DNA of 64,000 bases from Squalus acanthias (taxonomy: Eukaryota). A model generated the notes under the pieces. The model was not told the DNA's origin. It saw only the letters and a list, made by a program, of their open reading frames with translations, and did not search any database. Where the stretch lies: NCBI GenBank assembly GCA_030390025.1, contig CM059433.1, positions 23,314,001-23,378,000 on the forward strand. Direction: 5' to 3'. A program made the translations under genes and the position numbers. Shown one piece after another: positions 37,188 to 49,809 of this stretch. Position 1 is the first letter of the stretch; the number at the start of each line of letters is the position of its first letter.

Positions 37188-39280
37188 GAGGGAATTTTAA
37201 CTGGGAGTGGGTTCATGGGCAGGCGGGAGGCAGGGAGAGCGTCAAACCTACCCAACATCATCAGTGTGAGGATCGAGCAATTTTATTTCCTGGGCCTCAT
37301 TTGTTTCTGATTGGTGAGCTGCCCACCTGATTGTGTTGGAAACGGCCACCTGCCCACTTTCAGGATTTCCATGGGGCCTCCTGAGGCCTATTTAAAGCAT
37401 GAATGCAGCTTTTAAAGGAAGGTTGCATTCACCTCTGCCAGATTGCTGTCTAACACTGCTGCAAAGAGCTGATTCTTGCAAATGAGTCGCTCGGTTTCCC
37501 CCAATTTCACTGACGCGTCCCTGGAGGTCCTAGTGGAAGAGGTCAGAGCAAGGAAGGAAGTTTGCTTTCTCAGGAAGGGAAGAAGTTTCCAACAGGTCTG
37601 GCAAGAGGTGGCTGAGCTTGCGAGTTCCAAGATAATCACCCCAAGACATTGGATCCAGTACAGGAAATGCATCAATGACCTGACAAGAGCAGCAAGAGTA
37701 AGTATATTGCTCCACCTCTCTGCATGACACCTGGCAACAGACCTTTCTTCCCCTCCCCAAGCACTCTGAACAATTCACTCTGCTTCACCACACCCTGCAT
37801 CACCAATCACAAGGTCACACTATACCACCTCTCATTCACATTCCAAACACACACTCACCTCTTGCTTGCTGCCTTCACAGCACCCACTAACAGCATTCTG
37901 TTCTCACATGGTAGCAATTGTCGAAACAAGAACTGCTCTCATGACTCGTTCCTCACTTCACAGTCCGCCACTTGCTTTCCATCCTGCTTCCATTTTGCTT
38001 CTTCTCCATCTCTCAGCATATGCGCTACATGAAGAAGCTGTACACATGTGTATTTTCCTAGCCACTCACAAATTCTTGCCCTCTCTTCCTGCAGGGATAA
38101 GAGTAAGATGGGGGGGTGGCAGAGCACCCAGCATCATGGCCCTCATCCCGATGGAACAGGAAGCACTGGGAATCATGGCCCGTAAAGGGCAATGGGAATT
38201 GGAGATAGTGAGGGTGTCTGACTATTACTTGTACCCCTTCATGCACCTCAGGAAAGTGCACATTCTGCCAGTTTGACAACTTTAAACTGCATTGTGAAAG
38301 CTGTCATCTGCTACTGAGACTGGCATCCCAGGTGAGTTCCCACATTACAACAGTGACTAAACTTCAAAAGTACTTCATTGACTGTAAAGCACTTTGGGAC
38401 TTCCTTATGTCATGAAAGGCGCTATATAAATGCAAGTCTTGCTTTCTTTTTTTTGAGACAGAGAGTTAGAGGGGTCTGCACTTGGTGAAGCACCCTGCAC
38501 AGGTGACCAAGAGAAGGCACAGAGCAGGAGACAGGTTGCCAGAAGGCGAGGCCCTCTCCTAGCTCTGCTGAGCAGGGCAGAAATGCAGACTTCAGGAGCC
38601 CAACATGAAAAGGGAACTTCTTGCGGCACAGAAACTATACGTGTTGCCACACCATGGCTGAGAGTATGGCGGAGTCCCCTTCTAGCTTGTGTGGCATTCT
38701 GTCACATGACAATCTACCTTGGCTTGTGTGACCAACTCCAGGGATGCTTCAACCGGGCCCTTACAGTAGGATTCGGGGTTACCAGCCTTTGCAGCTTTAA
38801 TAGAAGCTCAAACGGCTGCCTTTCAGACTCTGGGCTTTAACATATGAGCGACTGGAGTGATGAACCACATGGACAGGGGCTTTCAAGGCATCACTCATTT
38901 CTTGCAGTCTGCTTTCTCACAGATCAGTGGGAATGATGAGCTGCTGCTCCATGGGAGTGGCAGAGGCCCAACAGGAATAGCACCTGTTGCCCTCCCTCAG
39001 GATGTCAGCACCTCTGCTCCCTCACCGCCCTCTCAACCAATACTCGTCATGGTGGCTGAATGCCAGTTAGGCCAGACCGCCCTAGCAGCTGCTGAATTGC
39101 TACAGTCTGCAGCCGGGCCCCCTCAGACTCACGCTCCCAGAGGTTGCTGACCATAAGCATCTCAAGGGTCCCAACATGAGCAACATCAGCCTTCCACCTG
39201 CTTTACTGAAGCTACTGGAGGAGCAGCTCATAGAAGCTCACCTAATTCCCGCCGGGCGAGGGGAGGGTTAAAATCCCCCC
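37188..39280 (+). mobile_element. Harbinger derivative F retaining a Myb remnant only
   Basis: TIRs GAGGGAATTTTAAC...GTTAAAATCCCCCC; PNFTDASLEVLVEEV...WQEVA...IQYRKCINDL. A Deu-SINE tail is inserted at ~38335-38455. Confidence 0.8.
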
Positions 39281-39744
39281 TTGTATATTTGGACTTTCAG
39301 AAATGTTTTGACAAAGTGTCTCACAATAGGCTGCTATCTAAGATTCCTGTGGAATTGGAAGGCAGGTCCTTGTTTGGAAAGGGAATTGGTGGCGTTCTCG
39401 TAGACAGAGGGCTGTCATTAATGGTAGCAGCATGGGGATCAATTATAAGTGAAGTCCCATAGGGATCGGTGTTAGGGACATTACTCTTCATGATTTATGT
39501 CAATGATTTGGATAAAGGTTTTGGGGGTACTGTACAAAAGTTCACGGATGACAGGAAGATCTGTGCTGCTGTCAGAATCGTTGAGGAGAAAGAGTTTCAA
39601 GATGATTTAGATACGCTGGGGAAATGGGCCCACATCTCCCACTGTGTCCAGTTCTGGTCCCCCCCCCAGGAATGGGAGATACATAAGCTCGAGAAAAGAT
39701 TTAGAGGAGGGCCACGAGACTCATACCTAGTTTAAAAACTATTA

Positions 39745-40774
39745 GGGGCAATTTTTGCCAAATACTTTAGGTGCTAAAGAGGTAAAGAGGTGGCCAAGAT
39801 GGGGTCTTAAGCTGAAAATCCAGTTTAGCCTGTATTTAACACTAGGACACCACCTTGGTAAAGGAGTTGAAGCCATCGCTAGGAACGGCTGCTCATTAAA
39901 CAGCTGACTGCCACTTAAAATGCATGCTGGCGCTCATTGAAGAGGCTGCACGGCATTTTGGTGGCTAGTGCTTCAACTAACGCCCTCTCCTAACAGCGAC
40001 CAGCTGTTTGGGAGTAAACATGGTGTTGACGTCGATTTCAAGTGCTACTTAAAGGGCTACTCACCACTTAAAGGGATACTCACCATTTCATGGTCATTGC
40101 CGCTGGAGCTGTGAAGAGAATCTCTGAAATACATTGGGAGACTTTCTGGGACACTTTGTCAAGATTTCACCAGCACTTGAGCAACATTTATTTGGGAAAT
40201 TCTCTGAGGACTTCACCTAAAAAGAGTAAGTGTTGTGCTACTCCATCTTATTGGACACCTTATAGGAGTCACCAGGAGAAAGGGAGTGCCTGGTCACGGG
40301 CCTCTTACTAGGGTCCCCCTTGGTCTGGGTGAGGAATGGGAGGAGGACAAGAGAGCAGGCAGAGCAGCACCAGCTGCTGTAGGAGCGAGGGCGAGGAGGG
40401 CGAGATGGCGTCCTTCCCCTCTGAACCTTCTCCACCAGGACCTCCAGTGCCATATCTGAGCACCTGTGCGCCCTTTCCCTCGGTCCCTGAGCCATCCTGC
40501 AACATGCCGGTGTGTGCCAGCCAAAGCACTCCACACCTTCAGTGGAACTGGGTGCGTGGAGCCCATATATACTGCTCCACGAAAATGGCATCTAATCAGC
40601 ACTTGAATGCTAAACCTGCAGGTTTCTGTTTAGCCCCTCCAGGCAAGTTCAAATTATGGTAATTAGCAATTAGGACCAAACTTGAGTGCTAAATCCAGAC
40701 TTTCAAACAGACTAGTCTCATTAGCACAGCAGTTATTTAGCACCTGTTTTCGCCCTTTGCCCAAAATAACCTCC
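39745..40774. mobile_element. Harbinger non-autonomous element
   Basis: Degenerate TIRs, perfect TTA TSD, short trace of the Myb start (CSDMALEVLVEKV, minus strand). Confidence 0.7.
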
Positions 40775-41334
40775 TTAATTATCGCAATAGGCTCATGGAG
40801 CTCGGTCTTATTACTCTAGTAAAATGTAGTCTTCTGGAAGATTTAACTGAAGTTTTTAAAATGATGAAGAGACTAGACTAAGTATACATGGACAGATTAT
40901 TTGAATTAAATAAGTTAGCAAGATTGAAAGGACATGCATACAAGTTATGTGAGCATAGAACTAGGTTAGATGTCAGCAGGTTTTCCTTGCTCCAGGGGTT
41001 CATTGCCCTGCAGAATAGATTGCCGTCTCATGGAGTGAGTGCAGGTTCACAGAAAATGTTCAGAAGGGAGCTGAACAAGTTCCTGGAGGTGGATGATATT
41101 GCTCCTTACAAAAGGCAGGTGGGATGTTTGGTAAATTACCTTGTTGTCATTGCTATCTCCTGGGACTTGTTTCTGATCGCCTTCAGAGGGTCATAGAGAA
41201 ATTTCCCAGAATTATTTTTTCCCTGAATTGGCCGAGGATTTTGTTAAATCTTTTTTTCCCCTGTAATTGCAACACGGCCGAATGGGACAGACTCGATTTA
41301 CCAGCTGGTCATTTTTCGTAATGTTGGTACATTC

Positions 41335-43425
41335 GGCACAAAATTCGGATCCGTAGCACCTGATTTTTGGGTGCTACAAGTGCCCTTAGAGGTCTAAAAT
41401 GGCGTCTGCGGCGCGCGCCCAATTGTGGGGCAAATCGCGCCGGAAGCCATATTGTTGAGGCCATTAGCAACGCGCAGTGAACGCCTGCTGGAAATATGCA
41501 GAGCAGGCAGATCATAATGTCAATCAGCATGCAACGCTGATTTGACGCCAGCATTGCCATTTTGGAGCTCAACGCTCCAGCCAACACCTTCTCTTAAGCT
41601 CGCATAGCTGAAGAAACATTCAGCAGCAGGAAGGAACCCCCACTAGCACTATTTAAAAGGATTATCAACTACTTACAGGTTAGTTGCTGGTTGATTTCTT
41701 CTGGCTGTTGGTACATGTCTACAAGTGTTTGGTGCTTTCTATACTTGTTTAAAGTTGCCAAAGTCTACAGGGAGTGGTGTGGCAGGTGCTGAAGGATTTT
41801 TTCCTGAGTTAAAGGCTTCTGCACAAGTGACTTGCTGCCAGACTTGGGTGTACGAGTAGGAATTCCTCTTGGAATACAGCATAACTTGGAGAATGAGCAG
41901 AGGCCACACAGAGCAGGACAAGCTGCTAGAAGGGGGAGGAGGAGGAGGGGGTGAAGGGCTCTCAGCAGGAGGCCATGTTCGCCCACGGTGTTCAGGGAGC
42001 AATTCCCCTACCTGGACCTCAGCAAGGAACGATGTGTGAGATGTCTGTGCTTCAGTAAGGATTTCCGAAGAACTAGTGTGCAACTTTGCCCTCTGGTGAG
42101 CTGGCACCCGCGCTATCCTCTCCCCCTGCCCTGGCTGCAAGCCTGTCATGCCCAGTGACTCACCGCGTGCAGATCCCGCCTCTATGCTAGCCTCTAAATG
42201 ATGTGCAGTGCCAGTTTCTGTACTGGTGGCTGCGAGTGTTAAATCGAGTGATGGTGTATCTTCATCTTCACTATCACCACTTCCTGGCAAGGTTTCAGTT
42301 CTTGTGTATCTGAAAGGAGAAAGGCACTAGGGGAGGGTTGTGGTGAGGGGAGGAGGGGAAAGCAAGGGGTGCATGCTTACACCACCTGCAGCTTGTAAAT
42401 CAGAAGAGATTGTGGAATGAGGGGGAATTGGGATGTGAGAAGGAGGATTAGGTATGAGGATACCGTAATCTTCGATGGTTTTAGCCCCGCATCTGGCCAC
42501 AGCCTCAGTCATGGCAGCTCCAATAATGGCCAGCACCATCTCCTCCATGGGGGGTTAGGACATGGAGGTGCGCCTGTGCCCCACTGGTTAGCTCCTGCTG
42601 CCTCCAGCTTTGCGCCACCCTGTCCTGCAAGAGAGAGGGAAGTGCGTCAGTGAATGTTGTGCAATCTGTTTAGGTGATGTGTCTGTCATGATTGAATAGC
42701 TGACAGTATGTGCAAACTGTGAGGTGTGGGTGTGAGGATGAGGTGAGGCTATGAATGATAGGTATGAGTCCTGATTGATAGAGACTGTTGGTAGGTGAAT
42801 GATGACGGTTGGTGCATTGAGCAGTGGCTGAGGCTACTGATGCAGTTGGTAGGATATGGCATTTGAAGATGCATTCACTGAGCTTACCCTCTCATGTGAT
42901 GTCATTGAACTTCTTGCGCACTGCATCCAAGTCCTCAGGGCTTGACTCCTGGCATTGACCGCCACAGCTATCTGCTCCCACTGCCTTCTGAGCATGTGTC
43001 TGGAGGGCCTCCCGCCCCCCTGTGGATACAGCACATCTCTCCTCCTTTTCACCTCCTCCACCAAGACCTCCAGTGCATCGTCGGAAAACCTTGGATTACC
43101 CTCTCTCCCATGCTGTGCCATTTTTGAGTGTTCACCAGGTCAGAATCAGTTGTAGAACGACTTCCAGCACCTGCTCTAGCCAGAGTGCACCTCCCCTTTA
43201 AGAGGTGCAGGCTAGCTTTAAGCAGTGCAGACTAGTTTTAAATGGTGCTAGCCTCTCACGTTTTTGGGCCCACTGCTGATACGTGCAGCCAATCAACAGC
43301 TCGGTTAGCGCTGGCTGCACGCTGCTATCATGCTAAGCAGCAGGCAGCACGTAGTTGGCATCACATTGAATGGACACGGGTTAATCGCGCGCGCCCGTTT
43401 TCAGGAGCTATCAAATTTAGCCCCC
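41335..43425 (+). mobile_element. Harbinger derivative D (same family as A) with a central deletion
   Basis: Left end is like A. The transposase N-terminus is fused near 42060 to Myb exon 3. Myb exon 1 MAQHGREGNPRFSDDALEVLVEEV...WEQIA at 42834-43121 (-). Confidence 0.8.
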
Positions 43426-43808
43426 TCTGAATTTAGTTAAGTGCTATGACACCACCTTGAGGAGGTTGTTACACAATTTTATCATCACATCGACTGGAAA
43501 CTTTAAAAAAAAATCCCAGCTGATGCAACCGAATACTTAATAAAGATTGAAACTTGAGTTCTAACCTTTTTAATCTTGGTCCTGTCTGGTCAGTGAGCCA
43601 CACAGAGGCAGAAGTACAATTCCAGTCTGCAAGCTCCACATCATTGTAAGTCGGTACCACTCTCAAAATGCTCCCTGTGGTGCAACTTTGCCTTTCAGTA
43701 TGTTGTTGATGCATGCAAATAATTTGTTGCAAAGTACTTATTAAACTACTTAAATGTTCATATTTTCCAAGGCAGTTCTAACTAGTTCCAACAAGTCATT
43801 TTTTTGTT

Positions 43809-44516
43809 TAGAAACATAGAAACATAGAAAATAGGTGCAGGAGTAGACCATTCGGTCCTTCAAGCCTGCACCGCCATTCAATGCGTTCATGGCTGAACAT
43901 GCTACCTCAGTACCCCATTCCTGCTTTCTCGCCATACCCCTTGATCCCCCTAGTTGTGAGTATTATATCTAACTCCCTTTTGAATATATTTAGCGAACTG
44001 GCCTCAACAACCTTCTGTGGTAGAGAATTCCACAGATTCACCACTCTCTGGGTGAAGAAGTTCCTCCTCATCGCAGTCTTAAATGGCTTCCCCTTTATCC
44101 TTAGACTGTGACCCCTGGTTTTAGTTTCCCCTAACATTGGAAACATTCTGCCCGCATCTAATTTGTCTAAACCAGTCAGGATTTTAAACGTCTCTATAAG
44201 ATCCCCCCTCATTCTTCTGAACTCCAGAGGATACAAGTTCAGTTGATCCAGTCTTTCTTGATATGTCAGTCTGGCCATCCCAGGAATCAATCTAGTGAAC
44301 CTTCGTTGCACTCCCTCAATAGCAAGAATGTCCTTCCTCAAGTTAGGAGACCAACACTGCACACAATACTCCAGGTGTGGCCTCACCAAGGCCCTGTGCA
44401 ACTGTAGCATCACCTCCCTACTCCTGTACTCAAATCCCCTTGCTATGAAGGCCATCATGCCATTTGCTTTCTTGACTGCCTGCTGCACTTGCCTTCCCAC
44501 CTTCAGTGACTGATGT
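43809..44516 (-). mobile_element. Young 5'-truncated CR1 (HER1-like) LINE
   Basis: Open 197-aa RT C-terminus (LVRPHLEYCVQ) and a (TTTCTATG)n tail. Confidence 0.95.
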
Positions 44517-44694
44517 AACTGGTTGTTTTGTTTTTAGCATGATTTTACATACGAAATTGACAGGCCGAAAAAGACCAGCTGGTCCACCTGATTCTCTTTT
44601 CCATTGATGCCAACTCCTGATACCGGATTAGCATTAGAACTAATGAAAGGGTTTAAGGGATTAGCTGAATTACAATTACCAATGCTTTCCACCT

Positions 44695-45838
44695 TAAAAT
44701 GACTAGATAAAGGAGTATGACCCAGCTATCTAAAATCTAAGTGATGTTTTGCCTTGACTTGTTCTAGATATGATGTCAAGCAATCTGCACAATTGCACGT
44801 TATCAGTTCAACCTCCGGTCCATCAGCCGTGGCTGTAAGAATTGATTGGGCTTCCTCTGTTACTGGCTCCTGCTAACCGCTGGATGAACCCATCTTCAAT
44901 TTGTAACTCTTTATCTTTTCCAATTTATGGCCATGTTTTCCTTCCTGTACACCACTCCTCCTGAATCACTTGCTTCAAACACAGATATTAATTCCAATTT
45001 TCTTTTCTGAAAACATTTGACTTCAATAATTGATGTTGGCACTCCACCAATCGAATCTTCCATCACTGGAAAATTACCGTCCACTCTCTCCGCAGACTCC
45101 ATTTCACAGCATTCAGTAGAAATTCCAGCAAAATAAACAACCATGGAATTCTCAAAATCATCCTGCAGATTTATTATTCATCACGGTGAACGGTAGCTAA
45201 AACACTCAGATCAAAGGAACAGGATGCTGTGCAGCTAACAGACTGATCTGTAAGTGTTGAGCTGGCCAGGTATTGAACTGAAATTGCTATTAGATATGAA
45301 AAAATCCAATCCAGTGCTTTCAGTCTGAGCGTCTGCAAAAAAGTATTCATAATAACCTTAAACTGGTCATGTGTGCTTTCAAGTTCTGTGAGGATGAAAA
45401 GTAAGGTTTTAATTCTGAGCAGTTTTACTGAACTTGACTCAAAAACTTATTTCAGTTTTATTTGTATTGGAAATACATTGAGGGCTCCATAAATACATTA
45501 GACGATGGAAAATATTGCAGTATAACTGGGCTTTACATGCATCTGAGTTACAGTTAAGTAGGTTTGACTATAATTCCTTTACTGATTGTAATTATAATAC
45601 TGCAAAAATGTCATGAATAAGCTGCGATGGTAAATCTATCCACAATGCGCTCATAGTCTTGACTGACTATCGACTGAATACTGTGTAGTTCTGCCAGTGG
45701 TTGTATATACTGTAATCCTATAGAATAGTACAAAACAAAATTGATCACTGCAAGCAATACACTGAGCAACTGGTAGTGATTGAGAGGAGGGTTTCTTTCT
45801 GATTTCTGAAAAACAACAGGCTAAAAATGATCTTCATC
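44695..45838 (-). repeat. Arm B of the ~1.1-kb inverted duplication
   Basis: Reverse complement of 19490-20590; the ORF track shows the same MVVYFAGISTECC... peptide in both arms. Confidence 0.95.
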
Positions 45839-47829
45839 GCTTCATCAAATAACTATACCAATTAGCCTTCTCCATCAACATACATATGTTATAAAACAAC
45901 TTTAACTCAATTTTTCTCACTATAGTCTCCTTTTCCAAAGCTAAACTGCAGAACGTACATTTGTTCACACACTTGCAGCACTCGTATTTAGCAACATTCA
46001 TGTGCAGAACTGACAGTTCTATTTAGTGTGCATTACTAATCCTTAATGCATGCACAGTTAGGAATCTAAGAAACAACTCCACATATATGATTCTCTCCTA
46101 CCTTTTTATTTTCTTGCCAAATTCTCTCTGGCAATTTTTGCTCCCTGCTTGTTGGGATATAGTTCCACAACCACTGATTGCTGACACTTCACCCAGCAGT
46201 CATTATTCTTTTGTAAGCCTTGACAGAGTGTTGGCAGGCTATTCAAGCACAGAGGGCACGACATTGAAGCCCAATTTTCAGCCAAATCCACACATGCACT
46301 TCCAACAAAGATTCCGCAATTACCATCAAATACAGGAACCTTAGCTGATTGTTTATCCTTGTGAGGAACATAGGCAGCAAGATCATCGGTGAAACAGCCA
46401 AGCTAAAAATGTTATTGATGATCAATTATTAGAGCAGAACTTTCAATATAATATAACAGCTGCTTCCAAAACTTTGAAAAGTACCAAAGTGTAAGGGCAA
46501 TAAGAGCTGACTCTGAGGGATATAAGGGATCACTTTTCTCACAGATGGATCAAACACAAGCTATTTTACAAGGAAAGATGAAGTAGGAATAATAGATTTA
46601 AGAGATGGTATAGGACAAGAATCATTTCAGAGGTACTCGAGAGCAATGGGACTGATATCATCAGGACCATAAAATCGAACTATTATTGCAGTTATCCACT
46701 GAGGAAGATCTCTATAATTACGTTGATAACTAATCTTGAGAATTGGTCTTTTTTCCGAAACCAAACCAAAAGCACGTTACTCATTGCATGAAGGCAACAC
46801 AGATTGTTCTGTCAGTAATCCCTCCTGTGCTCAAGTGAAGGAAGTGTGTTAATGTGGGTCAGCTATGAACTAACATTCATAACAGAAACCCAAGTCAGAA
46901 ACAGCAGTGAAATTCAGCACCTTAGGTCTCGGCAAAAAAATGGCAGCCACCTCACTTCCGGCGCACGGTGGCCTCCATTTTGGGCAGGACGGTAGCGCAG
47001 CCGTTGACTGTGTAACCCAGAAGAATGCTAATTAGGCAGATCGTGACCTCGGCACGTTGATTTGGCACACAATCTGCTATTTTAGACGTTGCCGTTCGAC
47101 TGCACGTCCTCTCCAAAGCACGCACCGCTGAACATGCGTTCAGCTGCATGAGGGACCCCCGCCAGTGTTAGTTAAAGGGATCAACAACAACTTTCAGGTG
47201 ATTCGCTTTTTGATTTCTACTGGCTCTGTGTAAGTTTGCGGAACTGTTTGGAGTTTTCTACAGTTATTTAAAGTTGGTGAGGTGACAGGGAGTTGTGCAG
47301 CAAGTAGAGAAGGCCTTGCTTCTGAATTCAAGGGTTCTGGTTAGACCACTTGCTCCCAGTCATGGAGGCTCTACTTACAGTTCCTAACATGCTGCAGCAT
47401 GACAGGGAGATGGCTGTCCGGAGACAAGAGCTATCTGCTCCACACCTCCTGGATGCAGCGATGGACGGTGAACTGGGAGATGTTAGCTATGTCGCCTGCT
47501 CCAGACTAGTAGGATCCGGTGGCGAAAAAAATTAAGGGCCACGGTCACCTTGAGGGCCACTGGCAGCGCCATCGACGCCCTGCTCAGAGGTGGCAGGCCT
47601 GGTTCCAAGAGGTGGCAGAGTTCTCTGACCACCTTCTTGGTGAAGCGAAGCCTCTGAATACACTTCTCCTGGCTTAAGTGCAGGTAGGAGAAGTGCTCCC
47701 TGAAGACCCTCCTGCTGAGAGCCCTCCTGCCCCTCCGCCTCCTCCCTCTGCGAGCAGCTTGTCCTCTTCTTTGCCACCTCTGCTCCATCTGCCTGTCATG
47801 CTCAAGCACGAGGGGGACTGCAAGGAGAG

Positions 47830-49128
47830 GTTTACTGTGGAGGACACACACAACCTGCCGGAAATAAAAGGGGTCAGAGGATCTGGTAAGAGGGAGGAGC
47901 TGAGGGAAATCCTTATTAGTCGGGAAAAGGTATTGGGGAAATTGATGGGACTGAAGGCTGAAAAATCCCCGGGGCCTGATGGTCTGCATCCCAGAGTACT
48001 TAAGGAGGTGGCCTTGGAAATAGTGGATGCATTGACGATCATTTTCCAACATTCCTTAGACTCTGGATCAGTTCCGATGGAGTGGAGTGGAGACCAGCGG
48101 GGTACCGCAGGGTTCGGTGCTGGGACCCCAGCTGTTTACATTATATATTAATGATTTGGACGAAGGGATTAAATGTAATATCTCCAAATTTGCGGATGAC
48201 ACTAAATTGGGAGGCAGTGTGAACAATGAGGAGGATGCTAGGAGGCTACAGAGTGACTTGGACAGGTTGGGTGAATGGGCAAATGTATGGCAGATGAAGT
48301 ACAATGTGGATAAATGTGAGGTTATCCACTTTGGTGGTAAAAATAGAGAGGCGGACTATTACCTGAATGGTGGCAGATTAGGGAAAGGGGACGTGCAACG
48401 AGACCTGGGCGTCATGGTACATCAGTCACTGAAGGTGGGAATGCAAGTGCAGCAGGCAGTCAAGAAAGCAAACGGAATGATGGCCTTCATAGCAAGGGGA
48501 TTTGAGTACAGGAGTAGGGAGGTGATGCTACAGTTGTACAGGGCCTTGGTGAGGCCACACCTGGAGTATTGTGCGCAGTTTTGGTCTCCTAACTTAAGGA
48601 AGGACATTCTTGCTATTGAGGGAGTGCAGCGAAGGTTCACTAGATTGATTCCTGGGATGGCCGGACTGACATATCAAGAAAGATTGGGTCAACTGAACTT
48701 GTATCCTCTGGAGTTCAGAAGAATGAGGGGGGATCTTATAGAGACATTTAAAATCCTGACTGGTTTAGACAAATTAGATGCGGGCAGAATGTTCCCAATG
48801 GTAGGGAAAACTAGAACCAGGGGTCACAGTCTAAGAATTAAGGGGAAGCCATTTAGGACTGAGCTGAGGAGGAACTTCTTCACCCAGAGAGTGGTGAATC
48901 TATGGAATTCTCTTCCACAGAAGGCTGTTGAGGCCAGTTCGCTAAATATATTCAAAAGGGAGTTAGATATAACACTCACAACTAAGGGGATCAAGGGGTA
49001 TGGCGAGAAAGCAGGAATGGGGTACTGAGGTAGCATGTTCAGCCATGAACGCATTGAATGGCGGTGCAGGCTCGAAGGACCGAATGGTCTACTCCTGTAC
49101 CTATTTTCTATGTTTCTATGTTTCTATG
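47830..49128 (+). mobile_element. Young CR1 LINE fragment with an internal deletion near 48087
   Basis: KSPGPDGLHPRVLKE jumps directly to SGVPQGSVLGP...FADDTKLGG; 313-aa ORF, (TTTCTATG)n tail, AGAG TSD. Confidence 0.95.
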
Positions 49129-49389
49129 AGAGCACCCATGACTGGGAGCAAGTGGTGTGAGCAGACGCCTTGAAATCAGAAGCAAGGCCTTCCTGCTGCT
49201 GAACGCATGTTCAGCTGGTCATAATTTGGAGAGGGTGTTGAACGGAGCGGCAACGTCAAAAATGGCAGGTCATGCATCAAATCAGCGTTGCGCACTGATT
49301 GACATCACGATCTGCCTCATTACCATTTCTCCAGCGATGCAGGCAATGGCAGCGCTGCTGGCCTGCCCAATATGGCCGCCGCCGCAGGA

Positions 49390-49702
49390 CACAGAATCCC
49401 CACAGTGCAGATAGAGGCCCTTTCGGCCCATCGAGCCTGCACCGACACATATTCCACCCTATTCCCGTAACCCCACGTATTTAATCCCCCCCCTAACACT
49501 AAGGGTCAATTTATCACAGCCAAATCAACCTAACCCGCACATCTTTGGACTGTGGGAGGAAACCGGAGCACCCGGAGGAAACTCACGCAGACACGGGGAG
49601 AATGTGCAAACTCCACACAGACAGTCACCCGAGGCCGGATTCGAACCCGGGTCCCTGGCGCTGTGAGGCAACAGTGCTAACCACTATGCCACCATGTTGC
49701 CC
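49390..49702 (-). mobile_element. HE1-like V-SINE
   Basis: tRNA head with A/B boxes (TGGCATAGTGG, GGTTCGAATCC), V domain (GGAGTTTGCACATTCTCCCCGTG...CCTCCCACAGTCCAAAGA) and a CR1-type tail. Confidence 0.9.
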
Positions 49703-49809
49703 GTGTTGGACCTGCCAGAAGTGTTCGGAAGTGAGGCGGCCACCATTTTTTCACCGAAAGCGACCTTATCAGCCAGCACATAGGGGTCGAATTTCATGGC
49801 CGTCGTCTT

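Larger units (their letters stand above)
34940..41320 (+). mobile_element. Long degenerate CR1 ORF2 fragmented by nested insertions
   Basis: Collinear RT motifs across the gaps: PGNYRLISL, QH|GF (split by the LTR), VDIV|YLDFQK (split by Harbinger F), SVLGTLLF..FTDD, and a 3' end near 41300. Confidence 0.75.
46905..49800. mobile_element. Harbinger derivative G built from two inverted transposase-side ends
   Basis: A left-end sequence and transposase start on + (to ~47420) are joined to a transposase N-terminus and left end on -. CR1 and HE1 are nested inside. Confidence 0.7.

Noticed and set aside
43809..49128. Inverted near-identical CR1 copies as a second segmental inversion
   Set aside because: Similarity is limited to the CR1 body and tail, with scattered differences and unrelated flanks. 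These are independent insertions of a young family.
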